A stretch of DNA of 64,000 nucleotides, taken from assembly GCA_045585955.1 (NCBI GenBank), contig JAZMZK010000018.1:25450-89449 (forward strand). Direction: 5' to 3'. The first letter of the stretch is position 1. Each line of letters begins with the position of its first letter. Positions 35,161-45,911 of the stretch are shown piece by piece. The DNA comes from Victivallaceae bacterium (GTDB taxonomy: Bacteria; Verrucomicrobiota; Lentisphaeria; Victivallales; Victivallaceae). The position numbers and the translations under genes are program-made. The notes below the pieces were generated by a model. It worked only from the letters and a program-made list of their open reading frames with translations. It did not search any database and was not told where the DNA came from.

Positions 35161-35808
35161 ATGAGGTTCCAAGCCGCTATTTTTGATTTGGACGGCACAT
35201 TGCTGGACAGTATGAAAATATGGAGCAATCTTTGCCGGGAATTTTTATTGCGCCACAATATTGACGAAGCGCTTGATCTTGACGGCAAGCTTGGAGTTAT
35301 TTCCATGCACAATGCTCTTGAGTATATTATAAACGAATTTTCCTTGAATATAACTCTGGAAAAAGCTTATGCAGAAACCTGGCAGATCGTCGAAAATTTT
35401 TATAAAACCCAAGCCAGCCCCAAACCGGGAATAAAAAAAATCCTGGATCATTTGCAGAAAAATAATATTCCATGCGGAATAATCACTGCAACCGAATCAG
35501 GATTGGTTGTTCCGGCATTGGAGCGTACCGGATTGAGCGGATATTTCAAAGCAATTTTCAGCTGCTCGGAAATGCAGACCTCCAAACGGACAGCGGATAT
35601 ATTTTTCAAGATGTCAGATATACTGCATACCTCCCCCGACAACACCATTGTTTTTGAAGATGCACTCTATGCAGCCAATACGGCAGCCCAAGCCGGATAC
35701 GCCGTCGCCGCTGTTTACGACCCCAGCGAAAAAAATCCGGCTCAACTGCAAAAAACAGCTGACTGGTATTTTCAGAGTTGGGAAGATTTTCCGCTTGACC
35801 AACTCTGA
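35161..35808 (+). CDS. HAD-superfamily phosphatase (subfamily IA-like)
   Basis: The start was set at the ATG at 35161 (MRFQAAIFDLDGTLLDS, motif I DxDGT). A later GIITAT and FEDALYAANTA fit motifs II-IV. Confidence 0.85.
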   Translation: MRFQAAIFDLDGTLLDSMKIWSNLCREFLLRHNIDEALDLDGKLGVISMHNALEYIINEFSLNITLEKAYAETWQIVENFYKTQASPKPGIKKILDHLQKNNIPCGIITATESGLVVPALERTGLSGYFKAIFSCSEMQTSKRTADIFFKMSDILHTSPDNTIVFEDALYAANTAAQAGYAVAAVYDPSEKNPAQLQKTADWYFQSWEDFPLDQL

Positions 35809-35816
35809 ACACATTT

Positions 35817-36818
35817 TCAGCAAATTCTCGGCAGCAGTTCTCCGGTGGGCTGGGGCAATATGGTTTTGCCGCCAAAGGGCTGTTCGATGGTAACTTTGCC
35901 CACATTCTCCGTTACTTCGCCAATAATGGAAGCATTGCTGCTGTACGGCATAGCTTGCAGAACTTTTACGATTTCTCCGGCAACAGTCTGCGGAGCAAAG
36001 ATGACCAATCTGCCTTCGCACGCCAGATACAAGGGGTCAAGCCCCAGCATACCGCACACTCCTTTTACCGGATCAGCTACGGGTATATCGGCAGCTTTGA
36101 TATTTATACCGATTTGGCTCTGATCGCAAATTTCGTACAATACTGTGCCCACGCCGCCCCGGGTTGCATCACGGATCACATGGATATCTTTGCTGACACT
36201 CAAAATCGCTTCCACGGTTTTGCCCAGCGGTGCGCAATCGCTTGTTACATCAGCATCAATGCCGAACTCGTCACGCTCCAGCAAAATGGTGCAGCCGTGC
36301 CGCCCCACATCGCCGGAAACGATCACTGCATCCCCAACTTGAGCAATGGCTCCGGAGGTGCGGACTCCGGGCAGCAGTTCCCCTACCCCGGCAGTGGTGA
36401 TAAAGACTTTATCCACTTGCCCTTTGCCCACGACTTTGGTATCACCGGCAACGATTTTGACACCCGCTTCGGCGGCAGTTTTTGCCATAGCGGCGGCGAT
36501 TTCCTCCAAGTCGGCGACCGGGAACCCTTCCTCAATAATAAATGCACAGGTTATATATTTGGGGATCGCCCCCATACATGCTATATCGTTGACCGTACCG
36601 CAAATACTCAATTTGCCGATGTTGCCGCCGGCAAAACGCCACGGCGAAACTACAAAGCCATCAGTAGACATGGCGATCCGGTCAGCCTTTACCGGCAGAA
36701 CAGCCGCATCATCGGGGGTAAAAAGATCGTTGGCAAAATGTTTTTTGAATATCGAACCGATAAGTTCAGAGGTCTGCCGACCGCCGGAACCGTGAGCTAA
36801 TGTAATAAATTTTTCCAT
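35817..36818 (-). CDS. hypE: Hydrogenase maturation carbamoyl dehydratase HypE
   Basis: PurM-like fold with N-terminal LAHGSGG. The diagnostic C-terminal PRIC motif ends the protein. Confidence 0.93.
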   Translation of the reverse strand: MEKFITLAHGSGGRQTSELIGSIFKKHFANDLFTPDDAAVLPVKADRIAMSTDGFVVSPWRFAGGNIGKLSICGTVNDIACMGAIPKYITCAFIIEEGFPVADLEEIAAAMAKTAAEAGVKIVAGDTKVVGKGQVDKVFITTAGVGELLPGVRTSGAIAQVGDAVIVSGDVGRHGCTILLERDEFGIDADVTSDCAPLGKTVEAILSVSKDIHVIRDATRGGVGTVLYEICDQSQIGINIKAADIPVADPVKGVCGMLGLDPLYLACEGRLVIFAPQTVAGEIVKVLQAMPYSSNASIIGEVTENVGKVTIEQPFGGKTILPQPTGELLPRIC

Positions 36819-36831
36819 AATAACACCTGAT

Positions 36832-37866
36832 TTATTGACCGTATTGGTAAAAAGCCGAACAAGCTCCTTCGCCGGAAACCATGCACGCCCCCACCGGATT
36901 CATGGGCGTACAGACTTTGCCGAAGAGCGGGCAGTCGCATGGTTTGCAAATCCCTTTCAAGACTTCGCCGCAGCGGCATCCGGGGTTGCATTTGCCGTCA
37001 TCGGGAGTTAAACCAAACTTGATTACGGCATCAAATCCGCTCCATTGGCTTTTGAGTTTCATACCCGAACCTTTGATTTCGCCCAGACCGCGCCAGACGC
37101 AATCGCAAGGCTCCATCATGCTGTTGACCAGCTTTTGTGCCGCCGGATTGCCCCCGGCTTTGACTACTGAAGTATAAGCGTTATCGCAAAAAGGTTCGCC
37201 GCTTTGTGCGTATTCTACGATCATACCCAATGCTTTTATCACTGCTTCGGCAGTAAATCCGGCAACTACCCCGGATACGCCGTAATCGTTTTTGAGTTCT
37301 TCACAAAGTTTGGTGCCGATAATGGCGTGAACATGCCCCGGATAAAGAAACGCATCAGCCGAACCTTGCAGAGCCTTATATGCCTGAGGCATGGTTTTGT
37401 TGGCGGTCAGGAGAGAAAAGTTTTTTATCCCCAATGCCGCCGCCCGCTTTACAGCTATGCAAGCAGATGGGGTGGTGGTTTCAAACCCCACCGCCAGAAA
37501 AACCACCTCTTTATCCGGATTACTTGCCGCAAAGTCCACCGCATCCAATGGCGAATAAACCGTTTTGAGTTCAGCCCCCAAACTTCGGGCCTGTGCCAAG
37601 CTCATTTCGGAACCGGGCACCCGGATCAGGTCGCCAAAGGTGGCGATCACTGCATGGTGCTTGAGCGCCAGAGTTACGGCACTGTCGATGTACCCGGGGG
37701 GAGTAACGCAAACCGGACAGCCGGGCCCGGAGATAAGCTCAATATTTTTGCTCAAAAGCGACCGGATCCCCAAGCGGAAAATCTCGTGAGTGTGAGTTCC
37801 GCAAACCTCCATTATCCGCAAAGGTCTGCCGGAATAATTGCTTAATAATGATTGGTAATCACTCAT
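36832..37866 (-). CDS. hypD: Hydrogenase maturation Fe-S protein HypD
   Basis: MEVCGTHTHEI and GPGCPVCVTP motifs are present. The ATG at 37866 lies 4 nt after the hypC stop. Confidence 0.93.
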   Translation of the reverse strand: MSDYQSLLSNYSGRPLRIMEVCGTHTHEIFRLGIRSLLSKNIELISGPGCPVCVTPPGYIDSAVTLALKHHAVIATFGDLIRVPGSEMSLAQARSLGAELKTVYSPLDAVDFAASNPDKEVVFLAVGFETTTPSACIAVKRAAALGIKNFSLLTANKTMPQAYKALQGSADAFLYPGHVHAIIGTKLCEELKNDYGVSGVVAGFTAEAVIKALGMIVEYAQSGEPFCDNAYTSVVKAGGNPAAQKLVNSMMEPCDCVWRGLGEIKGSGMKLKSQWSGFDAVIKFGLTPDDGKCNPGCRCGEVLKGICKPCDCPLFGKVCTPMNPVGACMVSGEGACSAFYQYGQ

Positions 37867-37870
37867 AAAC

Positions 37871-38050
37871 TTACTCCTCATTTTCCGGAGTTATTTTAGC
37901 TATCGCCACCCCGGCGTGAACCATCACATAGTCGCCGGGCTCCAAATCGTCCAGCAGTTCAGCGGAAACCTCCCGGCGGGCACCGGAAGCATCGACTAAA
38001 GCGGTATCTTTATTGACCGCCACAACCTTGGCAGAAAGTCCAACACACAT
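37871..38050 (-). CDS. hypC: Hydrogenase maturation chaperone HypC (not in the ORF track, 59 aa)
   Basis: Hand translation gives MCVGLSAKVVAVNKDTALVDASGARREVSAELLDDLEPGDYVMVHAGVAIAKITPENEE. It has the essential N-terminal Met-Cys and the GDYVLVHAG-like motif, and sits between hypF and hypD. Confidence 0.88.
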   Translation of the reverse strand: MCVGLSAKVVAVNKDTALVDASGARREVSAELLDDLEPGDYVMVHAGVAIAKITPENEE

Positions 38051-38067
38051 AAGATAAATCCTTTATA

Positions 38068-40362
38068 TTAAAACTGTTTTATATTATAAACGCCATAAAG
38101 TGCCTGCCCCAGCGATATACCGCCATCATTGGCGGGTACCAGCTTGTGGAGCAAAACCCTGAAACCATTCTTCGAGAGCTTTTTCCGGCAAAGATCCAGC
38201 AAAAGCATATTCTGGAAACTCCCGCCGGATAATGCACACACATTCAAATTGCTTGCCCGTCTTGCCTGCAAACAGCTTGCCAAGATCATATCCGCCAAAA
38301 GTTTGTGGAAGCTGTATGCCAGAAACCCCACATCCACGCCTTTTATACGCTCATTTGCCAACCAGGTAAAAAGTTCATCAGTCGCCATAATGCCTTTTTC
38401 TGCAAAAGAGCTATCAATACCTGGCAGATCATCTTTGTTTGCTTCATACCACCTTTGGGCGGCAAACTCCAAGCTCATAGCTGCATCGCCTTCAAAGGTG
38501 GAATTGCGGGCAATGCCCAACAGGGCACTTACGCCGTCAAACAATCTGCCGACACTGGTACTGACAACGGTATTGATGTTGTTTTTTATCATTGCCGAAA
38601 GCATTTTGTATTCCAGAGAAGAACACAAATCAAGTTTTTCAGCATACTTGCCCGCTTGCTCCGGCAGATACTTTTCCAACAAACCCACCGCGATCCGCCA
38701 CCCTTCCCGGCTGGCAGCATCGCCCCCGGCTTGCGGGAAAGGTGCTATATGGGTAAAACGCTCAAACTTATCCGGAGAAGCAAGCAATATTTCGCCTCCC
38801 CAAATGGTGCTGTCGGTGCCGTAGCCGGTACCATCCATAGCAACCCCGATAACCGGATCAAGGTAGTTATTTTCTGCCATACAGCTTAATATATGGGCAT
38901 AGTGGTGCTGGATTTTCACCACATTACCGCTTAATTCTCCGGCGATGCGGGTGGTGTGATACCCCGGGTGCATATCCGAAACAGTCCGATCCACCTTGCA
39001 CTCCAACAACTCCGAAAAGAGCTTGACTGAATCCTTCAAAGCCTCGTTACTGCGAACATCTTCCATATCCCCGATATGGGGGGCTATGTAAAAAAGTTGA
39101 TCTTTAGCGATACAGAAAGCGTTTTTCAGCTCGCCGCCGATCGCCAGCACTTCGCCTTTAAGCGGCAGATCCACCTTGACCGGCAGCGGAGCAAAACCCC
39201 GGGATCGGCGGATCATGTAAGGTTCATTGTTATAAAGCCGCATCACTGAATCATCGGCACGCAAGCGGATATCCCGGTTGTGAGAAAGTATAATATCGCA
39301 AAAACTGCTGATCTCCTGCAAAGCATCCTCTTCGGTTCGGCAGATGGGGGCACCGGATACATTGCCGCTGGTCATAACTAATGTATCAGTAAAATCCACA
39401 CCATCGGGGTAATCAAAAAGCAGCATCTGCAACGGTGCATAAGGCAGCATCACTCCCAGCGTGGGATTGCCGGGAGCCAGAATATCCGGCAAGGTGCAAT
39501 CGCTTTTTTTATCCAGAAGCAAGATCGGTTTTTCGCAGCCATCCAGCCATGAAAGAGCTTTTTCGCTTAAAATACACTCTTTTCTTACCGTATCAACATT
39601 GTTCATCATCACCGCAAAAGGCTTGCGGGGGCGGTGTTTGAGTTCCCGCAAACGGTTCACGGCTTCAATATTCCTTGCATCGCAAGCCAGATGAAACCCG
39701 CCGATGCCTTTGATGGCAGCTATCCTGCCTTGCATAAGGAGCTTCCGGCACTCGGTAATGGCTGCACCTCCCCGCAAATTTGAACCCAATATATAAACTT
39801 CCGGGCCGCAATCATTGCAGCAAACCGGCTGGGCATCATAACGGCGGCTGGCAAGGGAGTAATACTCTTTTTCGCACGCCTGACACATGGGAAAATGTTT
39901 CATGCTCGTCCGTTCCCGGTCGTAAGGCAACGCCTCCAGAATGGTCAAACGGGGACCGCAAGCCGTGCAGTTTATAAAACTGTGCAAATACCGCCGGTCA
40001 GCGGGGTCAAACAGCTCTTTGCGGCACTGGTGACAAGTTGCAATATCAGGCGGTATAAATATTGCCCCTTTATCCGCTTGGCTTTCCAATATGGAAAAGT
40101 CTTCAAAAACTTCAAGTTCAACAACTTGTTCTTTTATATCAACAATATTTGCCCGCTCCGGAGCTTCAGCAGCCAAAGCGTTGCGGAAATTCTGCAAATC
40201 CTCATCACTGCCTTGAGCCACTACCTCCACAAAGCTGCCGCGGTTGATAACTTTGCCGGTAATGCGGTGAGCCAACGCAATGCGGTGGACAAAGGGGCGG
40301 AACCCCACGCCCTGCACCACGCCGTAAATATTGTATATAACGCTTTTGACCAAATTTGCCAT
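38068..40362 (-). CDS. hypF: Carbamoyltransferase HypF
   Basis: It has the acylphosphatase motif VQGVGFRPFV, two CxxC-x18-CxxC zinc fingers (CHQCRKE...CTACGPR; CQACEKE...CNDCGPE), and YrdC-like and Kae1-like domains. The ATG directly abuts the TGA of the upstream gene. Confidence 0.95.
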   Translation of the reverse strand: MANLVKSVIYNIYGVVQGVGFRPFVHRIALAHRITGKVINRGSFVEVVAQGSDEDLQNFRNALAAEAPERANIVDIKEQVVELEVFEDFSILESQADKGAIFIPPDIATCHQCRKELFDPADRRYLHSFINCTACGPRLTILEALPYDRERTSMKHFPMCQACEKEYYSLASRRYDAQPVCCNDCGPEVYILGSNLRGGAAITECRKLLMQGRIAAIKGIGGFHLACDARNIEAVNRLRELKHRPRKPFAVMMNNVDTVRKECILSEKALSWLDGCEKPILLLDKKSDCTLPDILAPGNPTLGVMLPYAPLQMLLFDYPDGVDFTDTLVMTSGNVSGAPICRTEEDALQEISSFCDIILSHNRDIRLRADDSVMRLYNNEPYMIRRSRGFAPLPVKVDLPLKGEVLAIGGELKNAFCIAKDQLFYIAPHIGDMEDVRSNEALKDSVKLFSELLECKVDRTVSDMHPGYHTTRIAGELSGNVVKIQHHYAHILSCMAENNYLDPVIGVAMDGTGYGTDSTIWGGEILLASPDKFERFTHIAPFPQAGGDAASREGWRIAVGLLEKYLPEQAGKYAEKLDLCSSLEYKMLSAMIKNNINTVVSTSVGRLFDGVSALLGIARNSTFEGDAAMSLEFAAQRWYEANKDDLPGIDSSFAEKGIMATDELFTWLANERIKGVDVGFLAYSFHKLLADMILASCLQARRASNLNVCALSGGSFQNMLLLDLCRKKLSKNGFRVLLHKLVPANDGGISLGQALYGVYNIKQF

Positions 40363-41394
40363 TCAAAGCTCCTCAAGCAGTTTTCCGGAAACCGCAAAAT
40401 GGGGGAAATCCACCCAGCTGCCCTTATATATATTATGCACGATCCGCTCAAATGCGCTGTCAGCAAAGACCACATCAAAGGTGTTTGTTTCAAAAACTTT
40501 GCGGAAATCTTCTTCGCTGTTGAACTTGAAATCAGCGTCTTTATTTACTGCATTAAAGAAACTGCCGCAAACAGCTTCCGCATCGGGGAAAGTGCTTGAT
40601 ATGCGTTTTTTCAGCTCCAACGCCGCAAAGTTCTGGTGGACTATCAACACTCTTTTGCCGGATAGATCGCTAATTTCAAGCTCATCGGCAATGCCGGGAG
40701 CTGCGATTTCGTATGGTGTGTTGAAAGATTTTTTCAAATATTCCGCAGCTTTCAATCCGGCGGGCGATACCACAATATTTTTTTCTACTTCCGAAGCCTT
40801 TGCCACATCGTCTAAAGTTCCATTCATACCGTAAATACGCACATCGCCTGTCAAATGTTTTCTGATGACCTTTGCCGCCTCAAGGGTGCTGTAATCCAGC
40901 GGTGTGGCACCCAGCACCCCAATCGCTCCGGTTTTGACCGGACGCGCTTCCACTGCAAAGGTTTTGAATAGCGTTGTATAGGCTTGCGAGGCACCAACTT
41001 CATAATACATTGTACCGCTTGCCTCCAACGCCATAACCGGTATATCCAACGCCTTTTGGCACATTCTCTGCAAGGCAGGAAAATCGGTAGCGATCACTGC
41101 CGGTACCGGCGAACCGATTACCGCCATAAATTTGCGGCTGCTGATTTTTGCCGCGGCAATAAGTTTATCTGCCAACAGCCGATCCCGCCCCAGAATGGCA
41201 TCCATATCCCGCAAACCGGCACTGAACAAAGCACTTTTGCGGGTAAACCAGCGGGGTTCGTCAAAGCCGCAAATATTACCGGTGCAGCCCCCGGCATCGC
41301 AAATCACGATCACGCCATCAAGCTCGAACAACACCGAAACCGCCCCCGCCAGATCGGGTGCAAAGGGCGAAAGATATTTCAAAAGACTTTTCAT
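40363..41394 (-). CDS. Nitrogenase component-1-type (Oxidored_nitro) subunit, beta-like, triad 2
   Basis: 343 aa. It is a paralog of 43420-44580; compare LAGAVSVLFELDGVIVICDAGGCTGNICGFDEPRWF with [36 protein letters not shown]. It has the general NifK/N/BchB-like Rossmann triplet layout. Confidence 0.75.
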   Translation of the reverse strand: MKSLLKYLSPFAPDLAGAVSVLFELDGVIVICDAGGCTGNICGFDEPRWFTRKSALFSAGLRDMDAILGRDRLLADKLIAAAKISSRKFMAVIGSPVPAVIATDFPALQRMCQKALDIPVMALEASGTMYYEVGASQAYTTLFKTFAVEARPVKTGAIGVLGATPLDYSTLEAAKVIRKHLTGDVRIYGMNGTLDDVAKASEVEKNIVVSPAGLKAAEYLKKSFNTPYEIAAPGIADELEISDLSGKRVLIVHQNFAALELKKRISSTFPDAEAVCGSFFNAVNKDADFKFNSEEDFRKVFETNTFDVVFADSAFERIVHNIYKGSWVDFPHFAVSGKLLEEL

Positions 41395-42677
41395 TGCAGC
41401 ACCTCCCCCATAGCAGAAAATAAATCATTGACCGCCTGATAGCCAAACTGCCGCACTTCGGAGTTCCATTTGATCCCCGGCTTGTCGGCGTGATAATACA
41501 TGGCATCCTGCCCGATGGCAAAATCGATTTTTGCCTCTCTCTTATCATAATAAAGCATGGTGGGCGACAAGTTGCTGTAAACTTTGGTTGCAGGCGAAAT
41601 GGCAGCGAGCTTCTTCAAGTAAACAAAGTTGCTTTCGCCGATGGTTCCGTAAATTTCATTTACTTGCAAGCCCATTTCCGCCAGCGAGAGAGCCAGCTCA
41701 AAACTGTCGGCATTGAGCCATTCACCCACGGCAAAACGCAAATTACCGAACTTGTCTTTGAAGTTTTTGATTATTTGGGCACTTTCCGAATAAAACTTTT
41801 CATCGTCAAATGCAACATTCAACGCTTGAGCCAACGCCATATATTGAGCGTGGATCTTATCTATCCGGTGAAGATTATTAAGCTCAATAAAGGGTATCTC
41901 CAAATTTTTGCTCATATCCTGCGCAGCATATCTCGCTTCGCTGTTGAGCACCAGATTAAAGTTGGCTTCTGCCATAAGTTCGTACTCTTCAAAGCTCTGC
42001 ATACGGGATAACTCCCGGATGTTTTTTATTCCCACACTCTGCAAAAGTTTATATAGTTCGCACTCATCCGCCAGCGGCGAAAAGTAGCCCAACAAATTGC
42101 AGGCATTGCTCTTTTTGGGGCGTTTTTTCAATAAACTGTAAACGCTCCGACGCACCGATGCCATAGGCGGCAGCCGCCCTTCCCGGGTCAAAGCATACAT
42201 GTAACAGGGCACGACCGGCACCCCGGCAGCTTCTGAACACTTGCGGCAGACCCGATCCATATCCGTACCCAGCAAAGCATCCACACATGTTATGCAAATC
42301 ATCACCGCTTTGGGCGGTACCGGTCGGCTGGAACAAATCTCTTTGACCGCTTCGGGTATGCGGTTCAAGTGGCGGCCGGTAACAATATCAGTATCGTCCT
42401 GCAAAAGATAGTAGAATCGGTCGGCATACTTCCGGTCGCGGCCCAATGCAGCGGTATTTCTGCCGCAGCACCCCGGCGACACTAAAAGCATCACACTTTC
42501 CGGAACCGCCAGCCCCGCCCGCTTGACCCCGAAACCTTGAGCCCCGGGGGAGTTAAAAGCCAGAGTTGCCGGAGAACTGTAAACCAGATTTTTGCCGGAT
42601 AACAATTCTGACGGGATATTGTTTTTTCCCAATTCAGCCAATTCTTTGGCAGTTATATAAAAAGCTGTATTACTCAT
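41391..42677 (-). CDS. Nitrogenase component-1-type (Oxidored_nitro) subunit, alpha-like, triad 2
   Basis: 428 aa with Cys motifs [10 protein letters not shown] and [13 protein letters not shown]. It is a paralog of 44577-45911. Both junctions are ATGA overlaps. Confidence 0.75.
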   Translation of the reverse strand: MSNTAFYITAKELAELGKNNIPSELLSGKNLVYSSPATLAFNSPGAQGFGVKRAGLAVPESVMLLVSPGCCGRNTAALGRDRKYADRFYYLLQDDTDIVTGRHLNRIPEAVKEICSSRPVPPKAVMICITCVDALLGTDMDRVCRKCSEAAGVPVVPCYMYALTREGRLPPMASVRRSVYSLLKKRPKKSNACNLLGYFSPLADECELYKLLQSVGIKNIRELSRMQSFEEYELMAEANFNLVLNSEARYAAQDMSKNLEIPFIELNNLHRIDKIHAQYMALAQALNVAFDDEKFYSESAQIIKNFKDKFGNLRFAVGEWLNADSFELALSLAEMGLQVNEIYGTIGESNFVYLKKLAAISPATKVYSNLSPTMLYYDKREAKIDFAIGQDAMYYHADKPGIKWNSEVRQFGYQAVNDLFSAMGEVLQ

Positions 42678-43432
42678 GATTCACCTTCGTCGATAAGCAT
42701 TTGAGCCAATGCCAGAAATTTTTGGCTCACCGGCAGATCTTTATTGCCTTCGATCACTGTTTTGCCCATATCTTCATAATGGATTATATCGTTGGAGCGG
42801 GGTATATCGGCAACGATCTCCAAGTTATTATCGTCGGCAAACTTGCGAACTTTTTCTTCCTCATTTTCCACAGCACGGCGATTCATTACTATACCCCGCA
42901 CAGCGGCATAGTTGCGGTCTGCAAAGTTTTTTACAGCATTGTTGATGTTGTTGGCAGCATAAAGTGCCATTTTTTCGCCGGAAGTAACGATCAATACTTT
43001 CTCGGCATATCCCTCCCGGATGGGGGCGGCAAATCCGCCGCAAACCACATCGCCCAGCACATCGTACAAAACAAAGTCGGGCTGATATGTTTCAAAAAGT
43101 TCCAGATCTTCCAGCAAGCTGAAAGTGGTAATAATGCCCCTGCCCGCACAGCCTAGCCCCGGAGTGGGTCCACCGGTTTCGATGCATAAAATGTTGCCGA
43201 AACCAACTTTACTGATCTCTCCGATCGTTTCCGGCTCCCGGTCGAAATCTCTTATAAAATTCATTACCGGCGTCAAAGGTTCGCCCCTCAGCAGATTTAC
43301 TGTGGAGTCCGCTTTGGGGTCGCAGCCGATCTGGATGACCCGTTTGCCCAGCGTTGCCAAGGCTGCTGCCAGATTGCTGGTAACGGTGGATTTGCCGATA
43401 CCGCCCTTGCCGTAAATTGCTATTTTCTGCAT
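42674..43432 (-). CDS. NifH/BchL/CfbC-family ATPase Fe protein-like, copy 2
   Basis: It has Walker [11 protein letters not shown] and switch I CDPKADST. The [4Fe-4S] ligand contexts GLGCAGRGI and [12 protein letters not shown] are both present. The ATG at 43432 was chosen over the TTG at 43447. Confidence 0.9.
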   Translation of the reverse strand: MQKIAIYGKGGIGKSTVTSNLAAALATLGKRVIQIGCDPKADSTVNLLRGEPLTPVMNFIRDFDREPETIGEISKVGFGNILCIETGGPTPGLGCAGRGIITTFSLLEDLELFETYQPDFVLYDVLGDVVCGGFAAPIREGYAEKVLIVTSGEKMALYAANNINNAVKNFADRNYAAVRGIVMNRRAVENEEEKVRKFADDNNLEIVADIPRSNDIIHYEDMGKTVIEGNKDLPVSQKFLALAQMLIDEGES

Positions 43433-44580
43433 ATCAAACTCTTCCAATCTATATATTTATCAATCAAATTCAATCTTGCTTTATGATAGCACCGCCCGGA
43501 AAAGGCTTCGTGGGGCAACGCTATATATTTTTTGCCGGAGGGGACAATGGGTAAATACATATTGTCGCAAACGATCAATTCGGCGCTGGCAAATTCTCCG
43601 GCAATAAGTTTTTCCTGACCGACAGCTTTATCGGTGCCGGTCAACAACTTTTTATCCCCTGCCAAAGGGTCAATGATGCGGCAGCTTACACCAAGTTCGC
43701 TCTCCAACGCCTTGGCAAGAGTGCCGGAATACACGCTTTCGCCAATGATCAGGCATTGAGCATTTTCGCCGCTCTCCCGGCACGCTGACCAGTAAGAATT
43801 TACTTTACTCTGCCGGACACTCGCTAATTCTTCAAGCAAATCATTTGCCGCCGATTTACCAACCGGCACGCCGCAAACAAAGGGTATATTGTATTTTTTA
43901 TACATGTATTGAGCCAGCGGCAAACCGCTGTTGGCGATCACCAGATTTACTTCGGCATTAACTGAATAACGCAACTCCTCAAGTGTATTATTCATCGCCC
44001 AGGAAGCAAGCACTTTGTAATCAAACTTTTGCAAAAACTCTACAATACTTTCCACATTGCCGTTGATGGAGAAATCCAGCGGAGTAGCCCCCAGTATATT
44101 CACACTTTGCGGAATGATCTTTTCAGCTTTTTCCGGCAGAAACCGCTCTGCCAGAAGTTTCCACGCCTTGGCCGCCCCGACATGATAATGCTCCATACCC
44201 GAAGTCGGCACCGCAAAACATGGTATGTTGGTTTGTGCTTCGATTGAGCAAGCAACAGCACGCATATCCGTACCCACCATCAAAGGTATGGGCGAATTGC
44301 ATAATGCTATAAATTCGGGCTGAAGCGTTCCGGCAGAACGCACCACATCCTCAATAAATTTATCATCATTGCCGCAAACCATATCCAGTTCGGTCAATGC
44401 TGATATATAGACCATGCTATCCGAATTGAACCAGCGGGGTTCATCGTGGGTGGCATAAGTGGAGTTGCAGCCGGAGGCATCGTGCACAATGGTCATGCCG
44501 CCCAGCTCAAAAAGTGCTGAACAAACGCCCGCAGTATCTGCCGCATAGCAGGAGATGATTTTTGCGTAATTATTACTCAT
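43420..44580 (-). CDS. Nitrogenase component-1-type (Oxidored_nitro) subunit, beta-like, triad 1
   Basis: 386 aa from the ATG at 44580 (ATGA overlap with the upstream stop). Motifs are [10 protein letters not shown]...DEPRW and [15 protein letters not shown]. Confidence 0.75.
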   Translation of the reverse strand: MSNNYAKIISCYAADTAGVCSALFELGGMTIVHDASGCNSTYATHDEPRWFNSDSMVYISALTELDMVCGNDDKFIEDVVRSAGTLQPEFIALCNSPIPLMVGTDMRAVACSIEAQTNIPCFAVPTSGMEHYHVGAAKAWKLLAERFLPEKAEKIIPQSVNILGATPLDFSINGNVESIVEFLQKFDYKVLASWAMNNTLEELRYSVNAEVNLVIANSGLPLAQYMYKKYNIPFVCGVPVGKSAANDLLEELASVRQSKVNSYWSACRESGENAQCLIIGESVYSGTLAKALESELGVSCRIIDPLAGDKKLLTGTDKAVGQEKLIAGEFASAELIVCDNMYLPIVPSGKKYIALPHEAFSGRCYHKARLNLIDKYIDWKSLICRK

Positions 44581-45911
44581 AAACAGCTTTCGCACCCCCA
44601 TCCTTTGAGCTGGATAACTTTTTCCGTATCGCTCAAAGTGTTTTTAGCGTTCACCATAGCCTTGCACATTTGCGTTATGCCGTCAAAACCGTACCAGCCG
44701 CCGCCGGAAACGATATTGACCAAATGCCGACTGCCGGTAAAGCAAGCTGCTTTCTGCCCGATGGCAAGGTATTCATCGCCGGAACCGGGTGTTTTGACCG
44801 CAAACCGCATTGCCGGGTGCAGTGTGGGAGAGATCAATAGTTTGGGGCAATGGCTTTGCAACCACTCAAAGTCCGCTTTTTCTTCCGGAATAACCACATC
44901 GCTGTAAATGCGTTCAACATTAAAGTCATGCTCCAGAAGCAACCTTGCCAGCGAGAGATTCCGCAAAGTTGCCGTATAATCTATGGCTATGGGCATAGAG
45001 CCAATGACCTTGCGGGCTTCAGCCAATGTTCTGCGGGCTTCGCTTTCGGCTTGAGAAAAATCCAATTTTATATTCAATTCTTCGCTTAAAATCCGGTAGT
45101 TTTCTGCGATTTCTTCAAAACTGTAACTTAAAGGCAAATGCAAAAATTTCCGCCGCAGCCGCTGACACAAAAACTCATTGCCCGCTTTTGCCGTGGGGTA
45201 ATAAGATATATTGCAGAAACTTTCACTCATAGATAAATATTCGTCATAATCTTGGCACGCAGCTATATCTTTGACCTTGAAACCATTATTTTTGAGCATA
45301 ATTATCAATTCGCTGGATTCTGCCGTTACCCGGTCGTTGCCGATAATGTTTATGCTTTTATTATCCGCCACAGCGTTTTCACGCAAAGGTGCATAGAGCT
45401 GTTTACGCATAAAGGCATCCGGCGTCAAGCCCGATTTCCGCATAGTGGGGTGCATCAAACATTCCACAAAGTCGATTGCGGGGAAACGCTTTTGCAATTC
45501 ATCGTAAATCGCCCGGGTATCGCACCCGGCAAAAAGCTGTATACAGCTTAAAAAGACCAATACCGCCCGGGGCTTTACACTCATTTCCTCAAGAATAGCA
45601 CTTATGCCTTCAATAGCATTGCTTTCAAGAGTGCCGTCAAATAGATCGCTTTCTTTGACCGTAACAAAACTCATGCGCTCCATGGCGTTCATCTCGGCGG
45701 CAGTCAATATCACACCCCGCAAACAACCTTGAGCACAGACAAATATCTGGTGGGAGCGGGGTATAAGCATCCCGGTATGCACAATGTTCCACATGCCCCG
45801 GGAGGGAGCATTGAACTCCAGCTCCGAAGCAAAAAGCTGGGGAAACTTTGCCGCTTTTACCGGCAGAGCAAAAAATTCAGCATCAACTTTTTTTCCTACA
45901 CTTTTAAGCAT
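44577..45911 (-). CDS. Nitrogenase component-1-type (Oxidored_nitro) subunit, alpha-like, triad 1
   Basis: 444 aa with Cys motifs VCAQGCLRGV and FLSCIQLFAGCD. Its start overlaps the NifH-like copy 1 stop by 8 nt. Confidence 0.75.
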   Translation of the reverse strand: MLKSVGKKVDAEFFALPVKAAKFPQLFASELEFNAPSRGMWNIVHTGMLIPRSHQIFVCAQGCLRGVILTAAEMNAMERMSFVTVKESDLFDGTLESNAIEGISAILEEMSVKPRAVLVFLSCIQLFAGCDTRAIYDELQKRFPAIDFVECLMHPTMRKSGLTPDAFMRKQLYAPLRENAVADNKSINIIGNDRVTAESSELIIMLKNNGFKVKDIAACQDYDEYLSMSESFCNISYYPTAKAGNEFLCQRLRRKFLHLPLSYSFEEIAENYRILSEELNIKLDFSQAESEARRTLAEARKVIGSMPIAIDYTATLRNLSLARLLLEHDFNVERIYSDVVIPEEKADFEWLQSHCPKLLISPTLHPAMRFAVKTPGSGDEYLAIGQKAACFTGSRHLVNIVSGGGWYGFDGITQMCKAMVNAKNTLSDTEKVIQLKGWGCESCL

